A stretch of DNA of 64,000 nucleotides from an uncultured Gemmatimonadales bacterium (GCA_963701965.1 OY969695.1:4416001-4480000); one strand, 5' to 3'. Shown: positions 19,874 to 30,907, numbered from the stretch's first letter. Notes: generated by a model not told the origin, from the sequence alone. Program-made: numbers and translations.

Positions 19874-22438
19874 GTGAACGCGACGCGCACTCTTCCCGCT
19901 ACCGCCTCCCTCCTCGACGCTGTCCGGGAGGCATCGGCATCGCGGTACGATGTGCTCGGGGAGCTGGGGCCGAGCGCGCGCAGTGTCATGGCCTACCTGG
20001 CGCAATTGCGCGCGGACGGGTCGCTCGGGATCCTGTTGCTGGAACGCGATCCGACGGCACCGGTCGGCGAGGATCGCTATGGGCTGACCGAGGCTCTGGA
20101 ACTGGACGACCGGGTGCCGACGCTCGGTCTCACCTGCGATGCCTGCCAGGCGCCGCTGGGCACGTGGGCCGCACGGTGCGGCGTATGTGGCGGCGACGTG
20201 GTGGGGACGCCCGACGATCCGACGGCGATCGCGACGCTGGCGGCGGGCCGCTACACGCTCCTGGGCTCGATGCGCCGCCCCGGGGGGGGCGCGGTCTATT
20301 TTGCCCGCGAACGCGAACGCGAACGCGAACGCGAACGCGAACGCGAACGCGACGCGCTCGTCGCGCTCCGCCTGATGCCGAGCGGCGAGACGGCGGCGCC
20401 CTACACGCTGGCGGTCACGCCGATCGATCCGGCGCGCGCGCCGCTCCTGCCGACACCCCCGGCGGCGCCGCGGACGCCGGACGTCACGGGGACCACCCGG
20501 CGCGTGCGCCCCACGGTGACCGCCCCGGCGACGAGCACGCGGGTGTGCGCCCAGTGCGGGGTCGAGTATCCGGCCGAGCAGCGATTCTGCCCGACGGATG
20601 GCTCGCCGCTCCGGGCGAAGACCGGCGGGTCGGGCCTCATCGGCGAGATCGTTGCCGACCGGTACCACGTCGTCCGGGCCCTCGGCGAAGGGGGGATGGG
20701 ACAGGTGTATCTCGCCGAACAGGTCAAGATGCGCCGCATGTGCGCCCTCAAGGTGATGCGGCCGGCGCTGGCCACCGATGCGGACGCGGTACGCCGCTTT
20801 GGCGCCGAGGCGGAAAACGCCAGCCGGATCGCGCATCCCAACGTCGCGGCGATCTACGATTTCGGTGAGACGACCGAGGGGCTCGTCTATCTGGCGATGG
20901 AGTTCGTCGACGGCGAGCCGCTGGCCGCGATCCTGGCGCGCGAGCGGACGCTGGCCCCGGGCCGCGCCGCGGCCCTGTCGCGCCAGGTCGCCGACGCATT
21001 GAGCGCCGCGCACGAGCTCGGGATCGTGCATCGCGATCTCAAGCCGGACAATGTCATGATCACGCGGGCCAAGGACGGCTCCGAGCGCGTGAAGGTGGTC
21101 GACTTTGGCATCGCCAAAGCGATGGCCGACGGACGCACGCAGATGACGCGGACCGGTTTCGTCCTGGGCACGCCGGCGTACATGAGTCCGGAGCAGATCT
21201 CCGGCGATGCGCTCGATGGCCGCACGGATCTCTATAGCCTGGGCTGCATGCTGTTCGAGATGCTGACCGGGCGCGCCGCGTTCAGTGGACCGTCGGGCGA
21301 GATCGTCCTGCACCGCCGGTTGACCGAGCCGGCCCCGCGCCCCCGGTCGATCAATCCGGACGTGCCGAAAGCGCTCGACCTGCTGGTGACCAAAGCGCTC
21401 GCCCGTCAGGCGAACGACCGCTATCAGTCCGCGGTCGAGATCAGCGCCGCGCTGGCCGAGTGCGACACCGGTGACGACGGCGCGGCGTCGATCGGAGCCC
21501 GCCTCTTTGGATGGGGCGCGCGGCCGTCGGCCGGTGGCACGCGCACGACGATCGTCGTCGGCCCCAAGGGCGCGACGACCGTGGTGCGCAGCAGCCCCAC
21601 GACGCGTGCGGTGTCCCCGAGTCGCGCCCGACCCTCCTCCCGGCGCCCCGCGCTCTGGGCCGGCGGCCTCGTCGTCCTCGTGGCCGCCGCGGCGGCCGTC
21701 GGCGTCCGGTATTTCAACCGCGCGCCGGCGCCGGTCGCGGCCGCGACACCGGCCCCGGCACCGACCGTGGCCGCCCCGTCGCCACCGACCGCTCCAGTCA
21801 CGGCCGCCGTACAGAGCGACACGTTGACCACGGCCGCCCAGACGGCGGGGACTACCGCGGAAAAGCCGGTCAAGTCGACGACCACGCTCAAGGCGCCGCC
21901 GGGTCCAAAACCCAAGCCCGCCGTCGCCACGCCGGCCGTGTCGGCGGTCCCGCCCGCGTCGTCGACGGCGACCGCTGTGGCGCCACCGCCGGTACCGGTG
22001 CCGACGCCGACTCCGGTCGCCGTGACGCCGGCACCGGCTCCCGCGACGCCCCCTCCCGCCGCGACGCCGGCGCCCGCGGCGGCTCCCGCCACGGACGTCG
22101 CGGCCGACGCGCAGCGGGCGAACGACGTGCTATCGGGCTACGTCAGCGCGCTCAACGCCAAGGACGTCGCCGGTATGAAGCAGCGCTATCCGACGATGCC
22201 GGGCGCCCTGGAGAACGGTCTCCGGCAGTTGATCGCGAACGCCACGGATTTCTCGGCGGCGCTGACCGACTACCCGTCCGCGGCCGTGCACGGGGATGTG
22301 GCCGACGCCGACTTCGGCTACCTGATGAATTTCTATCTCCCGTCCCAGGGTGCCGGACACACGAAGCTGCGCTACCACGCGGTCATGGCCCGGGACGCGT
22401 CCGGCTGGCACATCAAGTCCCTCACCGCGCTGCACTAG
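19874..22438 (+). CDS. Hanks-type Ser/Thr kinase with N-terminal zinc ribbons, a TM helix, a Pro/Thr/Ala linker and a C-terminal NTF2-like domain
   Basis: GEGGMGQVY, ALKVM, HRDLKPDN, DFG, GTPAYMSPEQ; CxxC pairs; TM segment LWAGGLVVLVAAAAAVGV. Confidence 0.9.
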   Translation: MNATRTLPATASLLDAVREASASRYDVLGELGPSARSVMAYLAQLRADGSLGILLLERDPTAPVGEDRYGLTEALELDDRVPTLGLTCDACQAPLGTWAARCGVCGGDVVGTPDDPTAIATLAAGRYTLLGSMRRPGGGAVYFARERERERERERERERDALVALRLMPSGETAAPYTLAVTPIDPARAPLLPTPPAAPRTPDVTGTTRRVRPTVTAPATSTRVCAQCGVEYPAEQRFCPTDGSPLRAKTGGSGLIGEIVADRYHVVRALGEGGMGQVYLAEQVKMRRMCALKVMRPALATDADAVRRFGAEAENASRIAHPNVAAIYDFGETTEGLVYLAMEFVDGEPLAAILARERTLAPGRAAALSRQVADALSAAHELGIVHRDLKPDNVMITRAKDGSERVKVVDFGIAKAMADGRTQMTRTGFVLGTPAYMSPEQISGDALDGRTDLYSLGCMLFEMLTGRAAFSGPSGEIVLHRRLTEPAPRPRSINPDVPKALDLLVTKALARQANDRYQSAVEISAALAECDTGDDGAASIGARLFGWGARPSAGGTRTTIVVGPKGATTVVRSSPTTRAVSPSRARPSSRRPALWAGGLVVLVAAAAAVGVRYFNRAPAPVAAATPAPAPTVAAPSPPTAPVTAAVQSDTLTTAAQTAGTTAEKPVKSTTTLKAPPGPKPKPAVATPAVSAVPPASSTATAVAPPPVPVPTPTPVAVTPAPAPATPPPAATPAPAAAPATDVAADAQRANDVLSGYVSALNAKDVAGMKQRYPTMPGALENGLRQLIANATDFSAALTDYPSAAVHGDVADADFGYLMNFYLPSQGAGHTKLRYHAVMARDASGWHIKSLTALH
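20306..20347 (+). repeat. (CGCGAA)7 simple sequence repeat encoding poly-(Arg-Glu)
   Basis: Seven perfect hexamer units followed by CGCGAC, read directly from the sequence. Confidence 0.97.
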
Positions 22439-24171
22439 CGCACGGTCACCCGGACCGTCGCCTCGCGTCCCGCCGCGCTGGCGCGGACATTGGCCGTGCC
22501 GGCGCCCCGGGCCGATAGCTCCCCGGTCGCCGGATCGATGGCGGCAATGACCGGGTTGTCCACGCTCCACGCCAGTCCGATGTTCGCCACCGGGCGGTGG
22601 TTCACGTCGTAACCCGCCCCGGCCAACTTGTACCGTCCGCCGACGCGCAGCGTCGGCGGTGGCTCGATCTGGATCCATCGCACGCCGTGCGCCGCCGCCG
22701 GGGCCACCGGGGGCGCGACGACGGGAACCAGCGCTGGCGGGGCCTCGGGCGGCGCGGGCCGTGACTGCCACCACTCGAACCCGCCCACGGCGCCCGCGCC
22801 GAGAACGGCGACCACCGCGACCACGGCGAGCCAGGGGCTCCGCTTCCCCGACGGCACCGGGGCGGCCACCGGCGGCGGCACGACGGGCACCGGCACCGGC
22901 GCCGGCACGACGGCGGCGGGCGGCGTGGTGAAGCCCGGAGGCCGGGTAACCGTCAGCGAGATCGCCGCCCGCGCCTCGCCGGCGGCCGCGCGCACGATGA
23001 CCGATCCCGGCGCGATCGCCCGCGCCAAACCTTGGCTCTCGACGCGCACAATGTCGGGCGCATCGGACGTCCAGGTCACGCTGGGCGCCGGAATCTCCGC
23101 ACCGCGCGCGCTCCACGCGGTGAGCTTGAGCGGCACCGTGTCCCCGACGCCGATCTCGCCAGGCGCGGTAATGGCGAGCCGGCTGGCCGCCACGGCCGTC
23201 GTGCGCGCGCCGCCGCGGGGGATGGGACTGGGCACGCCCTTCACGATGGCGGTGTCGAGTCCCGCGGTCGCCCACTGCGCCAGTTGGACGCGCGCCGGGT
23301 CGTCGTCACTGAGCTCCCGCGCCCCCGCCGCCGCTAGCGCCGCCGACATCGTGGGCCACCGCTCGGCGGCCGTCTTCGCCAACATGCGCCGCACCGCGGC
23401 GTCGAGGTCATCGGGGCAGTCCGGGCGCCGCTCGACGATCGGCGCCGGCGGCCGGTCCGTGTGCGCCTGCATGATCGCCAGCGCCGACCCGGTGAACGGC
23501 ACCGATCCCGTGAGCATCTCGTAGGCGACGACGCCGAGCGCGTATTGGTCCGAGGACCAGGTGACCTCGACGCCCCGGCACTGCTCGGGACTCATGTAGA
23601 TCGGCGTGCCCACGGCCGCGCCAGTCTGCGTGTGGGTCTGCGACTCGGCGACCTTGGCGATGCCGAAGTCCGTCACCATGGCCTCGCCGGTCGCGTCGAT
23701 CATGATGTTCGCCGGCTTGATGTCCCGGTGGATCACCTGCTGCCGGTGCGCGTACGTGAGGGCGCTGCCCACCTGGCAGAGGATGTGTCGCGCGATCGCC
23801 AGCGGCATGGTCCCCTGCGCCGCCAGGATCTCGGCCAACGGGCGGCCCACGACGAACTTCATGACGAAACAGTGCAGGTCGCCGATCTCCCGCACCGCAT
23901 GGATCGTGATGATGTTCGGATGACTCAAGTTGGCGACGGTGACCGCTTCCTGTCGAAACCGCTGCACCATGCTGGCGTCGGGCAGGAGCCCGGGCGACAT
24001 GACCTTGATCGCCACCCGCCGGTCGAGGGCCGGTTCATAGCCCAGGAAGACGGCGGCCATGCCGCCGCGTCCCAACTCGCGTTCGATGATGTAATCGCCC
24101 GCGAGCGCGTCGTTCAGCCGGTCCGCGATCGTCGACCAGCTCGAATCATTTCCGGGGATCGAGGCCGTCAC
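22435..24171 (-). CDS. Hanks-type Ser/Thr kinase with two Ig-like (Big_2) domains flanking a TM helix
   Basis: [46 protein letters not shown] and [12 protein letters not shown]g motifs. Confidence 0.92.
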   Translation of the reverse strand: MTASIPGNDSSWSTIADRLNDALAGDYIIERELGRGGMAAVFLGYEPALDRRVAIKVMSPGLLPDASMVQRFRQEAVTVANLSHPNIITIHAVREIGDLHCFVMKFVVGRPLAEILAAQGTMPLAIARHILCQVGSALTYAHRQQVIHRDIKPANIMIDATGEAMVTDFGIAKVAESQTHTQTGAAVGTPIYMSPEQCRGVEVTWSSDQYALGVVAYEMLTGSVPFTGSALAIMQAHTDRPPAPIVERRPDCPDDLDAAVRRMLAKTAAERWPTMSAALAAAGARELSDDDPARVQLAQWATAGLDTAIVKGVPSPIPRGGARTTAVAASRLAITAPGEIGVGDTVPLKLTAWSARGAEIPAPSVTWTSDAPDIVRVESQGLARAIAPGSVIVRAAAGEARAAISLTVTRPPGFTTPPAAVVPAPVPVPVVPPPVAAPVPSGKRSPWLAVVAVVAVLGAGAVGGFEWWQSRPAPPEAPPALVPVVAPPVAPAAAHGVRWIQIEPPPTLRVGGRYKLAGAGYDVNHRPVANIGLAWSVDNPVIAAIDPATGELSARGAGTANVRASAAGREATVRVTVR

Positions 24172-24251
24172 GGGTCAACGATACGCCATCAACTCACCAA
24201 CGCAACAGCGACTCCCCGTATCCCGAGCCCCGGCCACGTCGTCCAGCGTTA

Positions 24252-25946
24252 GTGGAAGTGGATACCGAAGTCGAGGAGCGCCCGGCCGAGGCGCGTCCAC
24301 CCGAGGTCGATACCCTCGAGGGGATCGAGTTTCTGCAGATTCACGGCGGACTGGAGCGCCGTGGCCTCCGTCTCCGGACGAAGGTCATCCTCTGCGTCGT
24401 CGTCGCCTTCATCCCCATCTTCCTGACGCTGTCGTACTGGTTCCTGCCCCGGGAATTCTGGACGGTGCAGCTCATGGAATCGGCCGAGAGCGCGCGTACG
24501 GTGGCGGCCATGGTCGTCCGCCGTCCCACGCCGGAGACGGTCAACGACGCGTTCAGCACCGCCGTGGGCCGCCTGTTGTACCTGGGCGTGGTGGACGCCG
24601 ACGGACATGTGTTGTTCAACCGCTCCGAGCGCGACCGGCTCGTCGCCCCGTTGGAAGTCTTGCGGGCGCCAAGTCTGGAGGGCCACCGGATGCACGACCG
24701 GGAACTGTGGGTCGTGCGGCCGACGCGCGGCGGCGAGCGCGTGGTCCTCGCCTGGTCGCTCGACTCGGCCAGCGCCGCGTGGATGCGCATGCGCCGGATC
24801 TTCACGTTCGCTACGGTCCTGGCGATTGCCGTAGCGGCCTGCCTGGCCCTGGTCATATCCCGTCCCGTCACGCGGCCTTTGGAGTCGGTGACGGTCTCCC
24901 TCGACGCCCTGACGCGCCAGCCCGACTGGAACCTGCGCACCCGGGTCGCGGTGCGTACGCGCGATGAGATTGGCGACCTGGCCGTGTGCGTCAACCGTTT
25001 CATCGCCACGTTGGCGCGGCTGGTGTCGAGCACGCGCGACGCCGCCGAGAGCGTCGTGCGCAAGACCGAGGAACTGAGCGCGTCGACGGAGGAGCTCACG
25101 GCCTCCGGCGAGCAGCTCGCCGCGACCGTCAGTCAGGTAGCCGCCGACGCGGCGGCCCAGGCTGATGCCGCGGCGCGGACGCGGGAGGAAGCCGCGGCGG
25201 CCGGACAAGCCGCCGAGGCAGTCATGGAACGGGTGGGCGAAGCCAATGCCATCACCAGCGACACGCTCGCGGCGGCGCAGGCCGGTTTGAGCGGTGTCGC
25301 CGAGGCCGACGCGGCCATTGAACGGATCGTCGAGGCGGCCGCCACGGTGCGGCAGAGTTTCGCCGAAGTGGAGCAGCGCTTGCGGGCCATCGCCGGCGCC
25401 ACCGCGGGGATCGCCGGGATCGCGCAGACGACGAACCTGATCGCGCTCAACGCGGCGATCGAAGCGTCGCGCGCCGGCGAGCACGGGCGAGGATTCGCCG
25501 TCGTCGCCGACGAGGTGCGCAAACTCGCCCGCGCGTCCGGCACGCTGGTCGCCCAGATCCAGGCTGAGGTGGGGCGGATCCAACAGAGCACCCGGGCGAC
25601 GGGCGCGGATTTGTCACGAGCCAATGACGAAGTGCTCGCCGGCCGCAAGGTCATCGGCGCCACGGGCACCGCGATCCGGGACTCGGTGGCCCGCGTCGAA
25701 GCGGCGGCGGCGCTCGTGCGCGGCGTCGCCGTGCTCGCCGCGCAGCAGCGCGATGCGGTGCGCCGGATCGAAGCGCGGGCGGCCGAGGTGGCGGCGCTCT
25801 CCAGCAACCAAGCCTCCGCGGCCCATCAAATGGCGGCGTCGACTGCCGCTCAAGCCGGCGTCATTGGCGAAGCCGCGACCCAACTCGGGCTGCTGCGGAA
25901 CGTCGCCACCGAGGCCGTGGCCTCGGTGCACCGATTTCACATCTAG
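24252..25946 (+). CDS. Methyl-accepting chemotaxis protein
   Basis: Two TM helices, HAMP (TRDEIGDLA), signalling hairpin [37 protein letters not shown]. Confidence 0.93.
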   Translation: MEVDTEVEERPAEARPPEVDTLEGIEFLQIHGGLERRGLRLRTKVILCVVVAFIPIFLTLSYWFLPREFWTVQLMESAESARTVAAMVVRRPTPETVNDAFSTAVGRLLYLGVVDADGHVLFNRSERDRLVAPLEVLRAPSLEGHRMHDRELWVVRPTRGGERVVLAWSLDSASAAWMRMRRIFTFATVLAIAVAACLALVISRPVTRPLESVTVSLDALTRQPDWNLRTRVAVRTRDEIGDLAVCVNRFIATLARLVSSTRDAAESVVRKTEELSASTEELTASGEQLAATVSQVAADAAAQADAAARTREEAAAAGQAAEAVMERVGEANAITSDTLAAAQAGLSGVAEADAAIERIVEAAATVRQSFAEVEQRLRAIAGATAGIAGIAQTTNLIALNAAIEASRAGEHGRGFAVVADEVRKLARASGTLVAQIQAEVGRIQQSTRATGADLSRANDEVLAGRKVIGATGTAIRDSVARVEAAAALVRGVAVLAAQQRDAVRRIEARAAEVAALSSNQASAAHQMAASTAAQAGVIGEAATQLGLLRNVATEAVASVHRFHI

Positions 25947-25976
25947 CGTCGCGTAATACCGATTAAGTTTTGCCGC

Positions 25977-26915
25977 GTGTCCGCGGCTATCGAAACCAGC
26001 GCCCTCCGAAAGGTCTATCCGGGCGACGTCATTGCGCTCCACGGTCTCGATCTCCACGTCGGCGAGGGCGAGTTCTTCGGCCTCCTCGGCCCCAACGGCG
26101 CCGGGAAGACGACGACGATCGGGATCCTGACGACGCGCGTCCGCGCGACGGCGGGGCGCGCCATCGTCGCGGGGGCCGATGCGCTGGCGGACCCGGTGGG
26201 CGTGCGCGAACGCATCGGCGTCGTGCCCCAACGGCCCAACCCGGACCGCAGCCTCAACACGTTCGAGAATCTCCTTTTTCACGCGGCCTATTTCGGGATC
26301 CCGCGCGCGCCGGCGACCGCCCGCGCCATGGCCCTGCTCGACCGGCTGGGGATTGGCGACAAGGCGTTGGCCAAGGTCGACGCGCTCTCGGGGGGGCAGC
26401 AGCAGCGGCTGATGATCGCCCGGGCGCTCATCCACGAGCCGCGCGTGCTCTTCCTCGACGAGCCCACGGTAGGTCTCGATCCCCAGGCCCGGCTCGCGCT
26501 CTGGGAGATCCTGCGCGAGCTGCATGGCGAGGGACGCACGATCGTGATGACGACGCACTACATGCGGGAGGCGGAGGAACTGTGCGAGCGCGTGGCCATC
26601 ATCGATCATGGGCAGTTGCTGGCGATCGACAAGCCCGCGGACCTGATCGCCCGCGCGCCGGGCGGCACCCTCGTCGAGCTGACGCTCAATGGCGATGCCG
26701 GGGTCGCCGCCGGCCGGGCCCGCGCCGTCCCCGGCGTGGCGTCGGTCGATGCCCCGGGCGTGCTCTTGCGCGCGTTCAGCGATCGGGGCGGGCAGATCAT
26801 CCCGGCCTTGATCGCGGCCGCCGAGGAGGCCGGGCGGACGGTGCAGAACATCTCCCTGTCACCGCCCAACCTGGAGACCTTGTTCATCTCTCTGACGGGG
26901 CGGAAACTCGATTGA
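25977..26915 (+). CDS. ABC-2 type exporter ATP-binding subunit
   Basis: GPNGAGKTT, LSGGQ, FLDEPTVGLDP, TTHYM. Confidence 0.95.
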   Translation: MSAAIETSALRKVYPGDVIALHGLDLHVGEGEFFGLLGPNGAGKTTTIGILTTRVRATAGRAIVAGADALADPVGVRERIGVVPQRPNPDRSLNTFENLLFHAAYFGIPRAPATARAMALLDRLGIGDKALAKVDALSGGQQQRLMIARALIHEPRVLFLDEPTVGLDPQARLALWEILRELHGEGRTIVMTTHYMREAEELCERVAIIDHGQLLAIDKPADLIARAPGGTLVELTLNGDAGVAAGRARAVPGVASVDAPGVLLRAFSDRGGQIIPALIAAAEEAGRTVQNISLSPPNLETLFISLTGRKLD

Positions 26916-27700
26916 CACGGAGCACGGTCACTTCAACCACGGTCTTCCTGGCGTTACTGCGCCGTGACGTCCGGGTCGCGCGCCGCGAGCTGCCGTTTTT
27001 CCTCCTGCGCACCATCATGCAGCCGCTCATGTTCATCATCGTGTTCGGCTACCTGCTGCCCCGCATGGGATTCGTCCGCGGCACGTACACGACGGCGTTG
27101 CTGCCGGGCGTCCTCGCGCTCAGTCTGGCCTTATCCGCCATCCAATCCGTCGCGCTTCCAATGGTGCAGGATTTCGGCTGGTCCAAGGAGATCGAAGATC
27201 GCCTGCTGGCGCCGATCCCAGTGCCGCTGGTCGCCGTCGAAAAGATCGTGGTCGGCATCCTGCAGGGACTGGTCGCCGCCCTGGTCGTCCTGCCGGCGGC
27301 GCGCCTCATCATGGGACCGATTCCCGGGTTCACGCTGTCGCACTTCGGCGAGGTCATGGCCGTGACCCTGGTGGGCGCGGCGACGTTCTCGGCGCTGGGA
27401 TTGCTCATCGGCTCGACGATCAGCGCCCAGCAGATCGGCTTGATGTTCAGCATTCTGATCGCTCCAATGATTTTCTTCGGCTGTACCTACTATCCCTGGC
27501 GAGGGCTCGATGCCGTGCCCGCGGTCAAGTACATCGTGCTGATCAATCCTCTCGTGTACGTCTCCGAGGGCATGCGCGCATCGTTGACGCCCGATGTGCC
27601 GCACATGCCGTTGGGCATCGTACTGGTGGCGTTGCTCGTGCTGCTCGTGGCATTCTGGTTGGTGGCGGTGCGCAGCTTCCTCCGACGGGCGATCGGCTGA
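26912..27700 (+). CDS. ABC-2 type exporter permease
   Basis: About six TM helices, EIEDRLLAP, INPLVYVSEGMR; start is approximate (TTG overlapping the ATPase stop). Confidence 0.88.
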   Translation: MTRSTVTSTTVFLALLRRDVRVARRELPFFLLRTIMQPLMFIIVFGYLLPRMGFVRGTYTTALLPGVLALSLALSAIQSVALPMVQDFGWSKEIEDRLLAPIPVPLVAVEKIVVGILQGLVAALVVLPAARLIMGPIPGFTLSHFGEVMAVTLVGAATFSALGLLIGSTISAQQIGLMFSILIAPMIFFGCTYYPWRGLDAVPAVKYIVLINPLVYVSEGMRASLTPDVPHMPLGIVLVALLVLLVAFWLVAVRSFLRRAIG

Positions 27701-29622
27701 TGACGAAACCCTGGACGATCGAATCGGCGCGCGAGGTCTACAACATCGAGGGCTGGGGCGCCGGCTACTTCGACGTCAACGCCAAAGGGCACGTTGTGGT
27801 CCGCGCCGACCGGTCCCACCCCAACCACGAGCTGGACTTGTTCGAGCTGGGGCGCGACCTGCAGGAGCAGGGCGTGGGAATGCCGGTCCTCCTCCGCTTC
27901 TCCGACGTGCTCAAATCGCGCATCGAGGCGGTCGGCGCGGCGTTCGAGAACGCCATGCGGGAGTTCGACTACCGCGGCGGGTACACCACGGTCTACCCGA
28001 TCAAGGTCAACCAGATCCGCCGCGTCGTCGAGGAGATCGTGCAGTTCGGCGCGCCCTACGGTGTGGGTCTGGAGTGCGGGTCCAAGCCCGAGCTCCAAGC
28101 CGTACTGGCGCTGTCCGAGGCCGCCGATCACACGATCGTGTGCAATGGGTACAAGGACAAAGAGTTCATGCGCCTGGCCCTCATCGGTCAGAAGCTGGGC
28201 CACGAGGTCTTCATCGTCATCGAGCAACTGAGCGAGATCAATGTGCTCTTGCAGGCGGCCGACGAATTGGGCGTGATCCCGACGGCCGGGGTGCGCATCA
28301 AGTTGGCGTCAGCCGGATTCGGGCGGTGGGCCCAGAGCGGGGGAGAGAAGTCCAAGTTCGGGCTCACGACATCGCAGCTGGTGCGGGCCGTCGACATGCT
28401 GCGGGAACGGGGGCGACTGGACGTGCTCAAGCTCCTGCACTTCCACATCGGCAGCCAGATCTCGGACATCCGGTACATCAAGGCGGCGCTGCAGGAGGTC
28501 GTGCGGTACTACGCCGAACTGCGAGCAATGGGCGTCGACATCACGCACGTCGACGTTGGCGGCGGACTCGGCATCGACTACGACGGGACAAATTCGACGG
28601 CCCAGGGCAGCGTCAACTACAACGTGCAGGAATACGCCAACGACGTGATCTACATCCTGGGCGAGGCCTGTCGGGAACAGGACCTCCCGATGCCGCACGT
28701 CATCAGCGAGTCCGGCCGGGCGTTGACGGCGCATCATGCGCTGCTCTTGATCAACGTCATCGACGTCGAGTCCCAGGCCGAGCCCGAGTTGCCGGCGATC
28801 ACCGACGATGACCACGCGCTCCTCCACGACATGCTGGCCGACTACGAGGAAGTGAGCCGACCAAAAGTGCGCCACCGCCGCGTCATCGAGGCGTATCATG
28901 ATGCCCTGTTCGACCGCGGACGGGCCCAGGATCTGTTTCAGAGCGGAGTGCTCGCGCTCCGCGGCCGCGCGGCGGCCGAGCAGATCTATCTTCGCATCGT
29001 CAACGCGGTCGCCCGGCGGGCGCTGGAGAGTCCCGACGATTACGCGGACATCCTGAGCGACGTGGAGAGCGCGCTCGTCGACCGGTACTTCTGCAACTTC
29101 TCGTTGTTCCAGTCCGTGCCCGACAACTGGGCGATTGACCAGCTCTTCCCCATCATGCCCATTCATCGGTTGGAGGAGGAGCCGACGCGCCGGGGTACGC
29201 TGCAGGATGTGACCTGCGACTCGGACGGGAAGATCGACCGGTTCGTGGGCGGCAATGGCAAGTCGGGGCGGCCCAGTCTCGAGCTGCACGCCCTGCGGAC
29301 GGGCGAGGAGTACATCCTCGGGATCTTCTTGACGGGCGCCTATCAGGAGATCCTGGGCGATCTCCACAATTTGTTCGGCGATACCAACGCCGCGCACATC
29401 CGCTTGTCGCCCGGTGGACGCGGATACGAGATCACCGATCTCGTGCGCGGGAACACCGTCACCGACGTACTCAATTACGTAGAATACGGCGCCGGCAATC
29501 TCTTGACGACGTTTCGTCGCAAGGTCGCCGGCGCCGATAATCTCTCACGTCAGGAAGCGAACGGGTTTATCGCCGAGTATGTCGCCGGCCTGGAAGGGTA
29601 CACGTATTTGGAAGGAGAATAA
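27700..29622 (+). CDS. speA: Biosynthetic arginine decarboxylase
   Basis: YPIKVNQ (PLP lysine), HFHIGSQI, DVGGGLGIDYDG, ESGRA, TCDSDG, GAYQEILGDLHNLFG. Confidence 0.97.
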   Translation: MTKPWTIESAREVYNIEGWGAGYFDVNAKGHVVVRADRSHPNHELDLFELGRDLQEQGVGMPVLLRFSDVLKSRIEAVGAAFENAMREFDYRGGYTTVYPIKVNQIRRVVEEIVQFGAPYGVGLECGSKPELQAVLALSEAADHTIVCNGYKDKEFMRLALIGQKLGHEVFIVIEQLSEINVLLQAADELGVIPTAGVRIKLASAGFGRWAQSGGEKSKFGLTTSQLVRAVDMLRERGRLDVLKLLHFHIGSQISDIRYIKAALQEVVRYYAELRAMGVDITHVDVGGGLGIDYDGTNSTAQGSVNYNVQEYANDVIYILGEACREQDLPMPHVISESGRALTAHHALLLINVIDVESQAEPELPAITDDDHALLHDMLADYEEVSRPKVRHRRVIEAYHDALFDRGRAQDLFQSGVLALRGRAAAEQIYLRIVNAVARRALESPDDYADILSDVESALVDRYFCNFSLFQSVPDNWAIDQLFPIMPIHRLEEEPTRRGTLQDVTCDSDGKIDRFVGGNGKSGRPSLELHALRTGEEYILGIFLTGAYQEILGDLHNLFGDTNAAHIRLSPGGRGYEITDLVRGNTVTDVLNYVEYGAGNLLTTFRRKVAGADNLSRQEANGFIAEYVAGLEGYTYLEGE

Positions 29623-29628
29623 GACTCC

Positions 29629-30246
29629 CTACTTGGCGGCGAACCGCTTCGAGACTTCCGCCCAATTGACGACGTTCCAGAACGCCGCGACGTAGTCGGG
29701 GCGGCGGTTCTGGTACTTGAGATAGTACGCGTGTTCCCACACGTCGAGGCCGAGGAGGATGTCGCCCGGCTTCATGCCGTCCATGATGGGGTTGTCCTGA
29801 TTCGGCGAGCTGGAGATCGCCAGCTTGGCGCCGGAGCGCGTCAGCCACGCCCAGCCTGATCCGAACCGCCCCGCGGCGGCGGCGGCGAACTGCTCCTTGA
29901 ACTTGGCGAAGTCGCCGAAGCTGGACTTGATCGCGTCACTGAGCGGGCCGGAAGGCTCGCCGCCCTTTTTGCTGGGGTCCAGCCAGAGCCAGAACTGCGA
30001 GTGGTTCCAGTGGCCGCCGCCGTTATTGCGCACCGCGGTACGGACGGCCTCGGGCACCGTGTTGATTCCGGCCAGCAGCTGTTCCAACGTCTTGTCCTTC
30101 AACTCGGGCGCTTTGTCGACGGCCGCGTTGAGATTGGTGACGTAGGCCGCGTGATGCTTGTCGTGGTGGATCTCCATCGTCTTGGCATCAATGTGCGGCT
30201 CCAGCGCGTCGAAGCCGTAGGGCAACGGTGGCAGCGTGAACGCCAT
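29629..30246 (-). CDS. sodA: Fe/Mn superoxide dismutase, likely Mn-type
   Basis: LPPLPY...HHDKHH...NNGGGHWNH...DVWEHAYY. Confidence 0.93.
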   Translation of the reverse strand: MAFTLPPLPYGFDALEPHIDAKTMEIHHDKHHAAYVTNLNAAVDKAPELKDKTLEQLLAGINTVPEAVRTAVRNNGGGHWNHSQFWLWLDPSKKGGEPSGPLSDAIKSSFGDFAKFKEQFAAAAAGRFGSGWAWLTRSGAKLAISSSPNQDNPIMDGMKPGDILLGLDVWEHAYYLKYQNRRPDYVAAFWNVVNWAEVSKRFAAK

Positions 30247-30247
30247 G

Positions 30248-30907
30248 TCAGATCTCCGGTGTTCGTAGTGAAGATGTCGAGGTGGCGCGGGCCCGTCGTT
30301 GCCGCCACCACCCGATGATCCCCGGCAGGATCGACAGGAAGATAACCGCCAGGATGACGACCTCGATGTGCTTGGCGACGCCAGGCACGCGCGAGCCCAG
30401 GAAGTAGCCGAGCAGCAACATGCTCCAAATCCAGGCCGTGCCACCCAGGATGCTGTACGTCAAGAACACGCGATAATCCATCATGGCGACCCCGGCTACG
30501 AGCGGCGCGAATGTCCGGATGATGGGCATGAATCGCGCGAGGACGATCGTTTTGGGGCCGTTTTTCACGTAAAACTCGTGCGCCCGCTCGACGTGGCGGC
30601 GCCGGAAGAAGAGCGACTCCTCCCGGGTGAAAATGCGCGGGCCCGTCATGCGCCCGATCCAGTAATTCGTGTTGTCGCCGACAATGGCCGCGACGTTCAG
30701 CAGGGCGCCGAGGGCGTAGACGTTGAGCGGTAATCCCTGCGAGGCGAGGAGTCCAGCGGTGACCAACACCGAGTCGCCCGGCAGAAAGAATCCGAAGAAC
30801 AACCCCGTCTCCACAAAAACAATTGCCGCCATCCCGCCATAGCCCGCCCACGCGACGAGCGCGGGAAGGTCTCTCAAGCGATGGAAGAGGTCGTTCAAGG
30901 AGGGCAT
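30248..30907 (-). CDS. DedA/VTT family membrane protein
   Basis: [24 protein letters not shown]...GDNTNYWIG...[13 protein letters not shown]. Confidence 0.93.
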   Translation of the reverse strand: MPSLNDLFHRLRDLPALVAWAGYGGMAAIVFVETGLFFGFFLPGDSVLVTAGLLASQGLPLNVYALGALLNVAAIVGDNTNYWIGRMTGPRIFTREESLFFRRRHVERAHEFYVKNGPKTIVLARFMPIIRTFAPLVAGVAMMDYRVFLTYSILGGTAWIWSMLLLGYFLGSRVPGVAKHIEVVILAVIFLSILPGIIGWWRQRRARATSTSSLRTPEI

